Positions 41,521-54,492 of a DNA stretch of 64,000 bases are shown here, piece after piece. Below the pieces are notes generated by a model. That model saw only the letters and a list, made by a program, of their open reading frames with translations. It was not told the origin of the DNA and ran no database searches. Origin of the DNA: Leucoraja ocellata. Taxonomy: Eukaryota. Position 1 is the first letter of the stretch. Each line of letters starts with the position of its first letter. The translations under genes were made by a program, and so were the position numbers. The DNA lies in NCBI GenBank assembly GCA_036785375.1, contig JAWMAR010001182.1, positions 124,001 to 188,000 on the forward strand, given 5' to 3'.

Positions 41521-42251
41521 AGGTGGGATTAATGCAAAACGATGCAGAATCTCTGGCTTACCACACAGGCGAACTTACTCACCTTACAGCCATCTACTGG
41601 ACACTAGCTTGTGACACTCTGCTTCCATTAAAAATATAGTTAGTAATGCCAACTTGTTTGAACGGCACCCACTACCTTTGGCTGCATCTGGTGCAGAATT
41701 ACTAATCGTACTGGCGACAGAAAGCCTCTGTAAGAAGCAACAAGGCATTACATTCAGTGCGAGAAGCAAAAATAGAATGGAACTCTCATTAATGTAAATG
41801 TTGCAACAAGAATTTAATTAAACACATTGGTGCACTGGGCATTTACATACGTAACCATGGAACGTCTCAAAGAATTGTAGATTAATGGAGCATGCAATGT
41901 TTAGGACCATAACTCTATGTCTGTTTTCATTACGTGCTGGAGACGTTGCCGCTGGATTCAAAGGAAGGTGGAGACAGTTAACGGCGAGGCTCAATTCCGG
42001 AATCATTGGAGATCTGCTCCAGTACAACATATAACTCGGTTCCACATGGCCGCCCTCCCCACTGGGCACTTTGAACAACGTGCCCGTGTCGCATATTAAA
42101 TTAATGGCCAAATGTGCATTCCAGTGCAGGGGACGCGTTCAGATTGTATTTCTCAGCTATGTTTTTGAAAATTGATGCGGAAAGTTTTAAGCCAAAACTC
42201 CTCCATTACCTAGTTTTTGCACTGTCTCACGGTGGGATTAGTAATGTAATG

Positions 42252-43165
42252 TTATTTTACACCAGGTGTTCTCGATTTTATTAAACTTACAGTTAGGGTG
42301 AAGGGGTACATGAGTACCTGGAGCAGATGCTCCCGGAACCTCCTCTGGGTCACGGTGTAAATGAGAGTGTTTGTGCAGGTGTTCAACAGTTGTAGCAGAA
42401 TTCCAGTTTGTTCAAATGTTGCAAATTGGTTCCTCAACCCCCTGACCCAAAATGCATTCGTAATTCGATAGAAAACGAAATATGCTACATTTGTGCCCCA
42501 TAGCACCATAAAACTGCTGGAGATTGCAAGGAGTAAAATTACGGACCGTCTGCGGTTTGCGATCTCGGGGTCCTCATTACTGAGATCGTGGAGTTTTCTG
42601 CGGACACGACTGGCCACTAAAATGCGTCTGACTGTGAGCACGTTCATCAGCATAATTAAACAAAATGGAATGACTGGGACTAGCAGCTGTTGAGTCCAGG
42701 AAAATGCTATCCACGAGGATAGGCTATAAAACTGATATCTTATTAGGCAACCCCACTGTATACCCTGCTGATCCCTTTCATAATAATTGTACGCAAACGG
42801 CCAGGGGACGTTCAGTAAACAGAAGAACGCAGTTAGGGTCACTATAACCACCAGCGCGGTTCTCTCGGTGCAGTATCTGGTTCTCAGATTCTGAGTGGAA
42901 ATGGCCACAAAACGATCAAATGTGAAAGCGACCGTGAGCCAAACAGAACAGGCAACGGCCGCGGGAGCGAGGAACATAATGGACCTGCACACAGTATTGT
43001 GGAGTAAGAATGTGTCCCACCAGTAAAGGTCGGCAATCCGATGTAATATCACTTCGCAGACAATCACCGAGAGGTCCGCCGTCGCCATGGCCACCAGGTA
43101 CCGAGTGGTGCATTTGGAGAGACCACAATTTATGCGCGACAGGATCACAATCGCCAACAGGTTCA
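42252..43165 (-). CDS. GPR139-like class A GPCR gene C, exon 2
   Basis: Intact paralogous ORF, same acceptor, 914 nt. Confidence 0.93.
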
Positions 43166-44062
43166 CTGGAAAAGAGAAAACTGTCGTTACATGTAAGAGA
43201 AACGCGATGCTCATTTGGAGGCGGGGGTCACATTTGGGTTACACTTTGCACATTTTTTCGAAAACAACTGGCCCACATGCAAACCTGTGTGCGTGCTAAG
43301 GAGCTGTGCGGATTAGCTAACAGCGGTATACGCAGGCAGCGTGAGCTGTCTCCCAGCCACCCGTGATGCACCGCAGACTGCATATTGCAGCAAAACATGT
43401 CCGCATCAGATGCCATCGTCCTGGACCTAAACAGTTCCCGGGAACAGCCGGGCAACAAAGGAGTCGAAAGTTAGATTCCCATTTCTCCGCTGGAGAACTT
43501 GCCTTCAACACTATTCCCATCCAAACCATTGATTAACTCCCGAACCTAGCGATCAGCACCCCAGCTTGCGAGTGCACACTTGACGTTCTAATGAACATAC
43601 CTTAATCAGTGAGAATTAGTATTAACACCACTTCCACAATAATTCTCTACAACGGTGCCGAATAAAGATGTCTTCCCCGTCCCCGACTGTTCACCCTGTG
43701 CACTCACGACCCCGCGGCCAAATTTGGCTGTGACTGCTCCCAGAAGTTTCCAGATAATGACAATCTATACGTCAATATCAACTAGTCGAGGAGCAAGTTG
43801 TCGATTTCAGGAAAAGCGATGGATCACCGGCACAATCAATGATGCTGAAGTGGATGTGATTGAGGATTTCAAGTGCCTCGGAGTTAATATTACCAACGAT
43901 ATTTCATGGACGACCACATCGAAGGGAAAGCCAATGGCAGAACAACACCTTTACTGGGAAGTCTGAGGAACTTTGACCTGCCTCTGATGACTCAAACATG
44001 CTGCTACAGATTAGCGTAGAAAGCATACTGTTGGGTACAATACAGCTTCCTGCGGGCACATC

Positions 44063-44775
44063 TCAATACACAATACACAATACACAATACAATTTATTTG
44101 TCACTTGAACCTCATAGAGGCTCAAATGAAATGTTGTTTCTGCGGTCATCCACACAAGAAAAAAAGACCCAACACAACTTACACAGACATCCATCACAGC
44201 GCATCTCCTCCTCGCTGTGATGGAAGGCAAAAAAAAAAACGTATCTCTCCCCAGCACTCCCCATTTACCTCCCGATGTCAGAGGCAAAACCCCCGGCGGT
44301 CGATGGCAATTGTCCCGCGGCCATTAACGCCGCGCCGGGTGATGCAAGGCCGCGCTCCGGGTCTTGTTGTTGGAGCCTCCGGCGGGCGCTAGAAAAGTCC
44401 CGCAGCCGTTGAAGCCACGCCGGGCGATGATGTAAGGCCCCACTCCAGGAACTCCTCGACCCCGCGACTCGGGCAGGAGAAGTCGCCGTTGCGGAAGCCC
44501 CGAAAAGCGGTCTCTCAGCAGGGACCCGCGGGCTCCCGATATTACTGTCTGCCAGACCTGCGGTAAGCCTCCGAATCTCCGGGGGTCGGGTCGCAGCAGC
44601 GCGCCACCACAGCTCCACCCGCTCCGGATTCGGCCAGCTCCATGATGGTGAGTAGCTCCGCAGCTCCGCGACTGGAGCCCCAGTTCGTTCCTGCTGGAGG
44701 CCGCCCCACGTGCAGCCCCAACGACAGGGAAGAGGTCGGGTTGGCCGTGCAGGGGAAAGAATTTAAAAGTTTCCG

Positions 44776-44806
<31 letters not shown>

Positions 44807-44835
44807 ATACCACATCAAAAAATAAATTAAAACCA
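44063..44835 (-). mobile_element. GC-rich non-autonomous retroposon with simple-repeat tail, in intron of gene C
   Basis: Absent from the other introns; inverted similarity to 55875-56702; (CAATACA)n end. Confidence 0.65.
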
Positions 44836-45830
44836 CATGTATTTATTTATTTATTTTATTTATTTATTCCGAACAAGTAAAGATATTAAAGACATTCATA
44901 GTAACAAAATCGAAATTATCAAACAATTGGACATTACAATCAATGTTTACAAGGAATGAAAAGAACAAAAAGCAAATGTCCAATGTCCAACTCTGTGTCT
45001 GTACAAGCTCGAAAAGCAGGGAGAAGAAGAATAATTCATTAAATCTCACCCCCTTTATTAAAACGGGACAAAAATAACAACCGCTCATTCCATCACCCGT
45101 CCCTGCACCCGTCGGGCAGAACATACAGAAGGCTTAAAGCTTGCAACACCAGACTCCAGAACAACTTCTTACGCTCTGTTGGCATGATTCTGAGCCGCTC
45201 TTCCATATGCCAGGGCGTTGCCGTTTCACCTCTATCCTCTTGCGGACATTGGGCTTTGTGGATGTGATACGCTGCAGTGCGCTCCCAAACTTGAACTACG
45301 CTCTGCACTCCGATTTCCCCTCTCACACTACCTGTTACTGAGATTGAATAGTTTGTACTGATATTTAATATTATTTGATCTAGGTGCATTGTTGTCATGT
45401 CTCTCCGGAAGCTTTTTTGCAGCTCCCGGAGAGACATGACAACAATGCACCTAAACCTGAATCTGGAGAGAATTAACCTGTGCCAGATCCAATGAAAGAC
45501 CAACGATCAAGTAGATTAACAAATGAATAGGTGACGTTTCGGGTCGAGACCCTTCTTCAGACTGATCAGTCTCGACCCGAAACATCACCTATTCCTTCGC
45601 TTCATAGATGCCGCTTCACCCACTGTCTAATTCTCCAGCATATTTGTCCACCTTCGATTTCTCCAGCAACTGCAGTAATTTCTTAAACATTTCTTAATAC
45701 CGCCCTAACCTGAAGAATGCAGTCTAGCATTCCCATGTTTCGCACACTATTTTCACTTTACCTTTAACATTGTCTTTATCAACACATCATCCCACATCTC
45801 AGTCCCACTTACTGCGTTCCATTGACCTAC

Positions 45831-45900
45831 CTGGTATTGCGATTGCTGCTAGATTTGGATAATAATAATATTCAACTGCCAAGTGCCGCATCCAACTCAT
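45831..45900 (-). CDS. GPR139-like GPCR gene C, exon 1 (MSWMRHLAVEYYYYPNLAAIAIP)
   Basis: ATG at 45900, 70 nt, CAG|GTAGGT donor, phase 1. Confidence 0.86.
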
Positions 45901-47159
45901 TTTTCCGTCAAGCCGTCCGCAGTTATGCAGAGCAAAACGTATAGAAGTCAAAGTGAGTAGTAAAACAACGCTATATTTATATTCTTAGGACAAAGTGAAG
46001 GACACCGTGCGTTCACCTCCCCGCGGACATTTATTGTGGACCATTGAACAAATAGTTTGCTCCCAGGTGATGCAAAGCGATCAAACTCATTATGCGATCG
46101 CTCGCTACTCAGGCACCAGCTGAGCACCAACAGAACTAAGGAACTGTAAAATACGACTGCACATTCTATTTTTAAATTTTAACGCGTGGCACACAGATGC
46201 AGCAAAATTCATGTTATGTAGTATTTATACGAACATGCTGCGATGTAATACAGTATAGTATTTGTAGCATTTGTAATGCATTTTCCAGACACCGTTCCCT
46301 TCATTTAACATGCACCCGTTAATAATTTGATCTGGGATTTTCCGTGGAGCTCCCTTTCAAAAGGAAAGATAATCATTTTTGGGCAGGGTCTAAATTATGT
46401 AAATCACAGGGAACCTTCTAGATGACATCGTATACAATTCAGCTACAACAGCAGCATTAATGTCTTTCAACTGTTGGCACTTCATGAAGTAAAAAATAGG
46501 CGAATGTAATGTGTAACGTGACAACTGACTGGAAATATACAACGGCTAGAAATATTCTTGATTAACAGGTTATCTTTAAATTAATGTGTTAAATCGTAAA
46601 ACACAGAGGTGAGCAGCTTTTGGTGTTATTCCAGATATTAGGGCGAAATCTTCTCAATGCATTAATCCGTTTGAGATATCACGAATGTGGATGTGCAAGA
46701 TAATAGAACGAATTGAATGGGTCTGATCGGCTGTAAATGTTTGGGGATAGATCATTCTGAAGAAAGATTTGACCTAAGAAAGAAGTGTCATGTTTGCTGC
46801 ACTCGACCTAAGGAATTCACAGGAAAACAAAAACTTCACAATGCAGTACAGCACAGGAACAGGGATATTATTTTCCGAAATAATGAATTAAGGATCAATT
46901 TAAACTAGGGAGTATGCAACTCTCCTCACACGAATGATGCTAGTATTGGATAGTGTGAATTGTGAGATGGACTGGATAATGCAGGATTGTTTTCCCTCTG
47001 CAACGAACAAAATCATGATGAGTTATGGAGGGTTAAAATATGACAAGATGATCAATTCTGGTATTACCTACTGAACCTTCTGATTTTTGAAGTAGGCAGG
47101 GCAGTACTCTGCATATCGCCAAGTTGGATAATTTAACGTTTTTTTATCAAGCGAATTAA

Positions 47160-50150
47160 CATAGGAACATAGAAACATAGAAAATAGTTGCAGGAGTAGG
47201 CCATTCGGCCCTTCGAGCCTGACCGCCATTCAATATGATCATGGCTGATCATCCAACTAAGTATCCTGTTCCTGCTTTCTTTCCATACCCCCTGATCCCT
47301 TTACCCACAAGAGCCACATCAAACCCCATCTTAAATATAGCCAATGAACAGGCCTCAACTAACTTCTGTGGCAGAGAGTTCCAGAGATTCTCCACTCTCT
47401 GTGTGAAAAAATGTTTTTCTCATCTGGGTCCTAAAAGAATTCCCCTTGATCGTTAAACTGTCACCCCTTGTCCTGGACTTCCCCAACAACGGGGACAATC
47501 TTCCTGCATCGAGCCTGTCCAGCCCCTTAAGAATTGTGTACGTTTCTTTAAGATCCCCCCTCAATCTCCTAAAGTGTAGCGAGTACAATCCGAGTCTATC
47601 AAGTCTTTCTTCATATTAAAGTCCTGTCATCCCAGGAGTCAGTCTGGCGAACCTTATCTGTACTCCCTCTATGGTAAGAATGTCTTTCCTCAGATTAGGA
47701 GACCAAAACTGTACGCAATACTCCTCGTGTTGTCTCCTATACTCAAATCATTTTTTCTATGAATGCTAACATACCATTCGCTTTCTTCACTGCCTGCTGC
47801 ACCTGCATGTCTACTTTAAATGACTGGTGTACCATGACACCCAGGTCTCGTTGCATCTCCCCTTTTCCTAATCGGCTACCATTCAGATAATAGTCTACTT
47901 TCTTGGTTTTGCCACCAAAGTGGATAACCTCACATGTATACACATTATATTGCATCTGCCATGCATTTGCCCACTCACCCAGCCTAGCCACGTCACCGTG
48001 CAGTCTCTTAGCATCCTCCTCACAGCTAACATTGTCCCCAGCTTCGTGTCATCGTAAACTTGGAGATGTTGCATTCAATCCCCTCGTCCAAATCATTAAT
48101 ATATATTGTGAATAGCTGAGGTCCCAGCACCGAGCCTTGCGGTACCCCACTAGTCACTGCCTGCCATTCTGAATAGGACCCGTTTACTCCTACTCTTTGC
48201 TTCCTGTTTGCAAGTCAGTTCTCTATCCACATCAACACTGAACCCCCAATACCGTGTGCTATAAGTTGGTATACTAATCTCTTATGTGGGACCTTGTCGA
48301 AAGCCTTCTGGAAGTATAGATATAACACATCCACTGGTTCTCCCTTATCCACCCCATTAGTTACATCCTCGTTAAATTCCATAAGATTCGTCAGACATAT
48401 AACCATATAACCATATAACAATTACAGCACGGAAACAGGCCATCTTGGCCCTACAAGTCCGTGCCGAACAACTTTTTCCCTTAGTCCCACTTGCCTGCAC
48501 TCATACCATAACCCTCCATTCCCTTCTCATCCATATCCCTATCCAATTTATTCTTAAATGATACCAACGAACCTGCCTCCACCACTTCCACTGGAAGCTC
48601 ATTCCACACCGCTACCACTCTCTGAGTAAAGAAGTTCCCCCTCATGTTACCCCTAAACTTATGTCCTTTAATTCTGAAATCATGTCCTCTTGTTTGAATC
48701 TTCCCTATTCTCAAAGGGAAAAGCTTGTCCACATCAACTATGTATATCCCTCTCATCATTTTAAAGACCTCTATCAAGTCCCCCCTTAACATTCTGAGCT
48801 CCAGAGAATAAAGATCTAACTTATTCAACCTATCTCTGTAACTTAGTTGTTGAAACCCAGGCAACATTCTAGTAAATCTCCTCTGCACTCTCTCTATTTT
48901 GTTGACATCCTTCCTAAAATTGGGCGACCAAAATTGTACACCATACTCAAGATTTGGTCTCACCAATCCCTTGTACAATTTTAACATTACATCCCAGCTT
49001 CTATACTCAATGCTCTGTTTATAAAGTCTAGCATACCAAAAGCTTCCTTTACCACCCTATCTATATGAGATTCCACATTCAAGGAACTATGCACGGTTAT
49101 TCCCAGATCCCTCTGCTCAACTGGGTTTGCCTTTTGTAAATCCATGCTGACTTTCTCCAATGATTTCAACACTTTCCAAATGTGCTGCTATCCCATCTTT
49201 AATAACTGACTCTAGCAGTTCCCCCACTACCGATGCTAGATTAACTGGTCTGTAATTCCCAGATTTCTCTCTCCCTACTTTTTTAAAAGTGGGGTTAAAT
49301 TAGCTACCCTCCAATCCACAGGAACTACTCCAGAATCTAAGGAGTTTTTAAAAATTATCACTAATGCATCCAGTATTTCTGGGGCTACTTCCTTAATTAC
49401 TCTGGGATGAGGCCTATCTGCCCTGGGGGTTTATCAGCCTTTAATCCATTCAATTTACCTCACACCACTTCCCGGCTAACCTGGATTTCACTCAGTTCTC
49501 CATCTCAATTATCCCGCGGTCCCCTACTATTTCCGGCAGATTATTTATGTCTTCCTTACTGAAGACAGAACCAATGTAGTTATTCAATTGGTCTGCCATG
49601 CCCTTGTTCCCTATGATCAATTCACCTGTTTCTGACTGCAAGGGACCTACATTTGTTTCAACTAATCGTTTTCTCTTCACATATCTATATAAACTTCTGC
49701 AGTCCGTTTTTATGTTCCCTGCCAGTAATCTATGTTCCAGTTCCTAGTTAAGCCCTTTGTCCTCCTCTGTTGGACTCGAAAATGTTTCCCAGTCCTCTGG
49801 TAGGCTGCTTTTTCTTGCTAGTTTGTACGCTTCATCTTTTGTTTTGATACTATCCCGATTTCCCTTGTTATCCACGGATGCACTACCTTCCCTGATTTAT
49901 TATTTTGCCAAACTGGGATGAACAATTGTTGTAGTTCATCCATGCAGTCTTTAAATGCCTTCCATTGCATACCCACCGTCAACCCTTTAAGAATCAAATG
50001 CCAATCAACCTTGGCCAATACACGTCTCATACCCTCAAAGTTACTTTTCTTTAAGTTCAGAATCCTTGTTTCTGAATTGAAAATGTCACTCTCCATCCTA
50101 ATGAAGAACTCAACCATATTATGGTCACTCTTGTCCAAGGGGCCACGCTC
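47160..50150 (-). mobile_element. Degraded CR1 with nested young CR1 3' fragment (about 48398-49120)
   Basis: CR1 ORF2 peptides (SDHNMVEF, FQKAFDKVPH, WQMQYNV); nested copy has an (ATATAACC)n tail and matches 34657-35390. Confidence 0.9.
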
Positions 50151-50389
50151 AACATGACTTGTTGTTCTTCGATCTTGGCATAGAGTTCTAGTGTCATACA
50201 GCGTGAAAAATAGTCCCCCGGCCCAACCTGCCCACGATCAAAAATGTACCCCATCTGCACACCCCCACCTGCCTACGATTGGCCCATATTCCTGTTAACA
50301 TATCGTATCCACGTCCCTGTTGCAATATTTCTTAAACGTTGCGACAGTACCTGCCTCAACTACCATCACCGGCAGCATGCTCCATACAC

Positions 50390-51290
50390 AGGTGGTGGAG
50401 AGAAAGCTGGGTCTTTACATAAGAACTTGGATAGGTTTGGAGAGTGGGCAGAGAAGTGGCAGATGGAATATTGAGTAACAAAGTGTGGAGTCATGCATTT
50501 TGGTAGAAGGCATAGAATATTTCAAAACATCGGGAGAGAATCAAGAAATCGAAGGTGCAAAGGGACATGAGAGGGCTAGTGCAGGATTCCCAAACCAGGT
50601 AATTTGCAAATCGAATTGGTAGTAAAGAAGGCAAACGCAATGCTAGCATTTACTTCAATCGGGAAAGAATAAAACAACATGTATGTAATACTGAGGCACT
50701 ACAAAGGCGCTGGTCAGCTCGCATTTGGACTATTGTGAGCAATTGTGGGCACCATATCTCAGGAAGGATGAGCCAGCTGCGGAGAGGGTCCAGAGGACGT
50801 TTACAACAACGATTTCAAGAATGAGGCAGTTGAAATATGTTGATCGTTTGAAGACACTGAACCTGTACTCGCTGGAGACTGGAAGCATCAGGGGGGGGGG
50901 GGGGGGGGGGACCACATTGAAACTTACCGAATCGTGAAATGTTTGCATAGAATGGTCGTGGAGAGGATGATTCCACTAGAGGGAGAATCTACGACTATAG
51001 GCCATAGCCTCAGAATAGAATGGCGTTACTTTGGCAATAAGGAGGACGAATTTATTTAATTAATGGGAGGTGAATCTGTGGAGTTCTTTGCCACACCAAG
51101 CTGTAGATGCCGTTAATTTATATATTTAAGGCAGAGATAGACAGATTCTGGATTAGTACGAGTGTCTGGGGTTATGGGGAGAAGGCAGGAGAATGGGGTT
51201 GGGGGGGAGGGGGAGATGGATCATCCATGATTAAATGGCAGAGTAGACTTGATGGGCCCAGTGGCCTAATTCTGCACGCATCACTTATGA
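50390..51290 (+). mobile_element. Degraded CR1 3' fragment
   Basis: LDRFGEWAEKWQMEY, YCEQLWAPYLRKD, CR1 3' UTR. Confidence 0.85.
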
Positions 51291-52759
51291 CCTTGTCATC
51301 ACTTATCAACACATGCTGCGATGTAATAATGTATTTGCAACCTTTCTACTGCTCTTTCCAGACACTGTTGAATTCACTTGACATTTAACCAGTGATAATA
51401 TTTTCCTGGATTTCGCTTGGAGCTCCTCTTCAAAACAAACGAGCATGGTTCCTGTACAGCGGTCTAAATCATGTAAATCACATGGACCTTTCTTGTTGGT
51501 AGTGAATACAATTGGATACAGCAGCGGCATTAATATATTTCACCTGTTGACACTTCATGATGAAAACGATAAGAAAATATAACGCATAACGTGCTAAATG
51601 ACCAGGAATAAATATCCTTGATCAAAGAGTTATATTTCGAGCTATGTTTTTATCAATAAAACAGACAGGCATGTGACGTTATTACAGATATTAGGGGGAA
51701 ATCATCGGAATGCGTTGATAATGCGTTGATGTGGAATTACTTGGCTAACCTCACATTAATTAAGTGGCTCACCCTACATTTACCCACATTAAATTGCTGC
51801 TGCCATGCATCTGCCCACTCACCCCACCTGTCGAAGTCATTCTCACCGCATCCTCCTCACTGTTCACACTGTCACCCAGCTGTGTGTCATCTGCAAATGT
51901 GCTAATGTTATTTGTGACCCCTTAGGTGGGAGGTGAAATTGTGTAATTTGTGTAAACAGTATTGGATGTATGCTTAGCCTCCGTGAATGTCGGATGGGGT
52001 TTTGTAAGGATCATGTATTGGACATATTAATTTCTCGCATAAAGTATATTTTGAAATTCAAAAACGTGACGTACTATAATTCCACAATTCACAATAATCG
52101 CAGTTGTTTTTCCCATAGTCGAGATCTGTGAAGGCGGAACCATTTCCATGTAAAGACCTAGCCAAATGTTACGATTTCTCAATGTATGGCTGCTCCTCCC
52201 CAACTGCCCTGATATCCACGCCATTCCGCGAACAAGTGTTACATGTAGTTTACATGACGCACAACACGTTGTATAGTTAGCATATTCGAAAAGATGATTT
52301 GTGGGCCATTGTTGGCATATATTTTCTTCGATTTTGGAGATATATTTTTAATGTGAATCTCAATATTAATTTGTATCTGAACGCCCTCGCCGCCTGATCC
52401 TGATTATGGTGTTGTTAGCCGTTGGTAGCAATAATGTTTGTGTATTTTGCATAAGTGCATTATTTTAATGTTAATCAGCTGCTGACTGTTCACGTGGTGG
52501 AGGCGACGCTGAAACTATACAGAGTGAACGATGCGCGGTCTAATAATGTTTCCACTGGAGGCAGAAATAAACCGCCCTATTCCCTGACCACGAACCGAAT
52601 CCAGGCAGCAGCGGTCGGTGCGCAGAATGCAGATCACTAGACCACTCGATATAATGCTGAAACTCATGGACATTACAAACCTATTTTGCCGGCTAGCTGT
52701 GGTTAAAGTTCAACAATCACCCAGCTGCAATCTTTATAAAAACAAATCACACATTTTGT

Positions 52760-53040
52760 CGGTTCAGTGGCGCAGCTGCTGCCTCAAAGCTTCAGAGATC
52801 CGGGATCAATCCTGTCCTCGGGTAATGTCTGAGTGGAGTTTTCCCGTCTCGCTGTGACCGTGTCGGTATCGTCCAGGTGCTCTGATTTCCTCCCGTATCC
52901 AAAACACGTGTGGTTATTTTAGGTGAATTGGCCTGTGTAAACATGCACCAAGTGTGTGAGGAATAGATGGAAAAGTGGAATAACATGGAACGAAAGTGAT
53001 CGGGTCATCGATGGTTGGCGTGGACTCGGTGGGGTGAGGT
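52760..53040 (+). mobile_element. tRNA-derived SINE, degraded
   Basis: gtggcgcagctg...gagatccgggatcaatcc head and tttcctccc core, as in 5930-6230. Confidence 0.65.
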
Positions 53041-53309
53041 CCTCAGGAATTAATTTCATTGGTCAAAACATGGCAGATGGAGGGGAGTGGAACTGAAAAC
53101 TGATTGAAATTGGCTCCTTGCACATCCTTCCGGCTTTGCGTGTAATTTACTTCGTATAAAAACCACGTGCATTTCTCAATGAAAACATCAAAACGTCGTA
53201 ATGACTCCCATGTTCTCGACAGGGCCGAATCGACTGTAGATCTGACCACTGCCTGTCGCCTTTGGACGGATGCCGATAATACTGTGGTGTTTTTGTTTTA
53301 GAATCAAGG

Positions 53310-53700
53310 CATCATAGAGTCTTACAGCGTTGAAACATACCCTTCGGCCCAGCATGCCAACACCGGCCAACATGTTCCATCCACACCAGTCCTACCCGCA
53401 AGCGTTTCGCCCATATCCCTCAAAATCAGTTCTATTCATGTACATGTCAATGTTCTTTTTAAACTTTGCTATTTTACCTGCCTTAACTACTACCTCCGCC
53501 AGCGCGTTCCATGCGTCAAGCCCCCTTTGTATGAAAAAGTTACCCTTCTGGTCTCTATTAAATCTTCCTCCCCACTCAACTTCAATCTATGTTCTCTGTT
53601 TGTCGATCCCCCAATCCGGCCAAGAGACTCTGTGAGTTTACCCGATCTATTCCATTTGTGAATATGCACCTTATTATTGTTTCGCTTAACAATCTCAGGC
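53310..53700 (-). mobile_element. Old CR1 3' end
   Basis: Similar to the CR1 3' UTR pieces at 2790-2970 and 6810-7130. Confidence 0.6.
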
Positions 53701-53858
53701 TTAGCACCTTCACTACCGGTTTCCAAGAACAAATATGCCTTCCTCAATCAAGGTTTGTTCAAGCGGATGCGACTACTCTCGGGGGGGGGGGGGGGGTGAG
53801 CTGGATTCCGGCTACGTGTATTTCAATTGGCTGAGACCCCGTTGCCCACCCACATCTC

Positions 53859-53869
53859 TGACGACATCA
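53859..53869 (+). promoter_or_regulatory. Possible CRE-like element of the TCR V promoter
   Basis: TGACGACATCA about 120 nt upstream of the leader ATG; TCR V promoters often carry CRE-like motifs, but the match is imperfect. Confidence 0.3.
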
Positions 53870-53983
53870 CTGGGGCCACAGGGCAGTGACAGGGAGACCA
53901 GCAGACGCCCTTCGACTGAGAAAACGATCCAGTTTGTGTCTCTTCAAGTTTAGAACTCAGCTAGTACAGAGTGAACGGGTAAA

Positions 53984-54029
53984 ATGCGTTTCCTCGGCAT
54001 CTGTGTTGTGTGGGGAGCGTTTCTCACAG
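53984..54029 (+). CDS. TRAV/DV: T-cell receptor alpha/delta V segment, leader exon (MRFLGICVVWGAFLT)
   Basis: ATG 53984, hydrophobic 15-codon leader, phase-1 donor G|GTAATT, 118-nt intron to acceptor tttacAG (54146-54147). Confidence 0.85.
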
Positions 54030-54147
54030 GTAATTCTGGATCAATATTTTCAGTTCCCCTCGCCCTCCGCAGTGAGATTTTGGCTTGAGAAGTGCAATCT
54101 CATGGCACTCCGGTGTCTGTTACTATCTCAATATATTTATTTTACAG

Positions 54148-54454
54148 TCACTATTCACGGAGAATCTGTCACACAGCCACTACCCTCGGCGACGAAGACA
54201 AAAGGAGAAGCGGTGACTTTAACCTGTAACTATGATACCACATGGACAGCATATACTTTATTCTGGTACCGGCAATATCCAGGTATGCAGCCCGAGTTTA
54301 CTATGAGCAGAGACACCTACAACAATGAAGATAAGGCCCAATACGCTGACACTCGTTTCTCTATTGAGCTCAATACCGCGACTAAGTTCACCAGCTTGAG
54401 TATCTCAGGGCTGGATCTCAGCGACTCTGCAGTCTATTACTGCGCACTGAGGCG
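54148..54454 (+). CDS. TRAV/DV: T-cell receptor alpha/delta variable gene segment, V exon (germline, unrearranged)
   Basis: Ig V-set signature ESVTQ...VTLTCNY...LFWYRQYPG...RFS...SLSISGLDLSDSAVYYCALR with both Cys and the core Trp; no stops; directly followed by an RSS. Alpha versus delta cannot be resolved from the V alone. Confidence 0.93.
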
Positions 54455-54492
54455 CACAGTGATGGAAACAAGTTAAGCCCCTTACAAAAACA
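54455..54492 (+). promoter_or_regulatory. Recombination signal sequence (23-type RSS, 22-nt spacer)
   Basis: Perfect heptamer CACAGTG 54455-54461, 22-nt spacer, nonamer ACAAAAACA 54484-54492 (8/9 match to ACAAAAACC). Confidence 0.92.

Noticed and set aside
44105-44836. GC-rich ORFs of 95-170 aa here and at 55866-56498
   Set aside because: Stop-poor repeat sequence, no recognisable domain, frames not conserved between the two copies.
53886-54147. N-terminal part of the 196-aa ORF
   Set aside because: Read-through of promoter, out-of-frame leader and intron; the real product is spliced leader + V, ending at the RSS.
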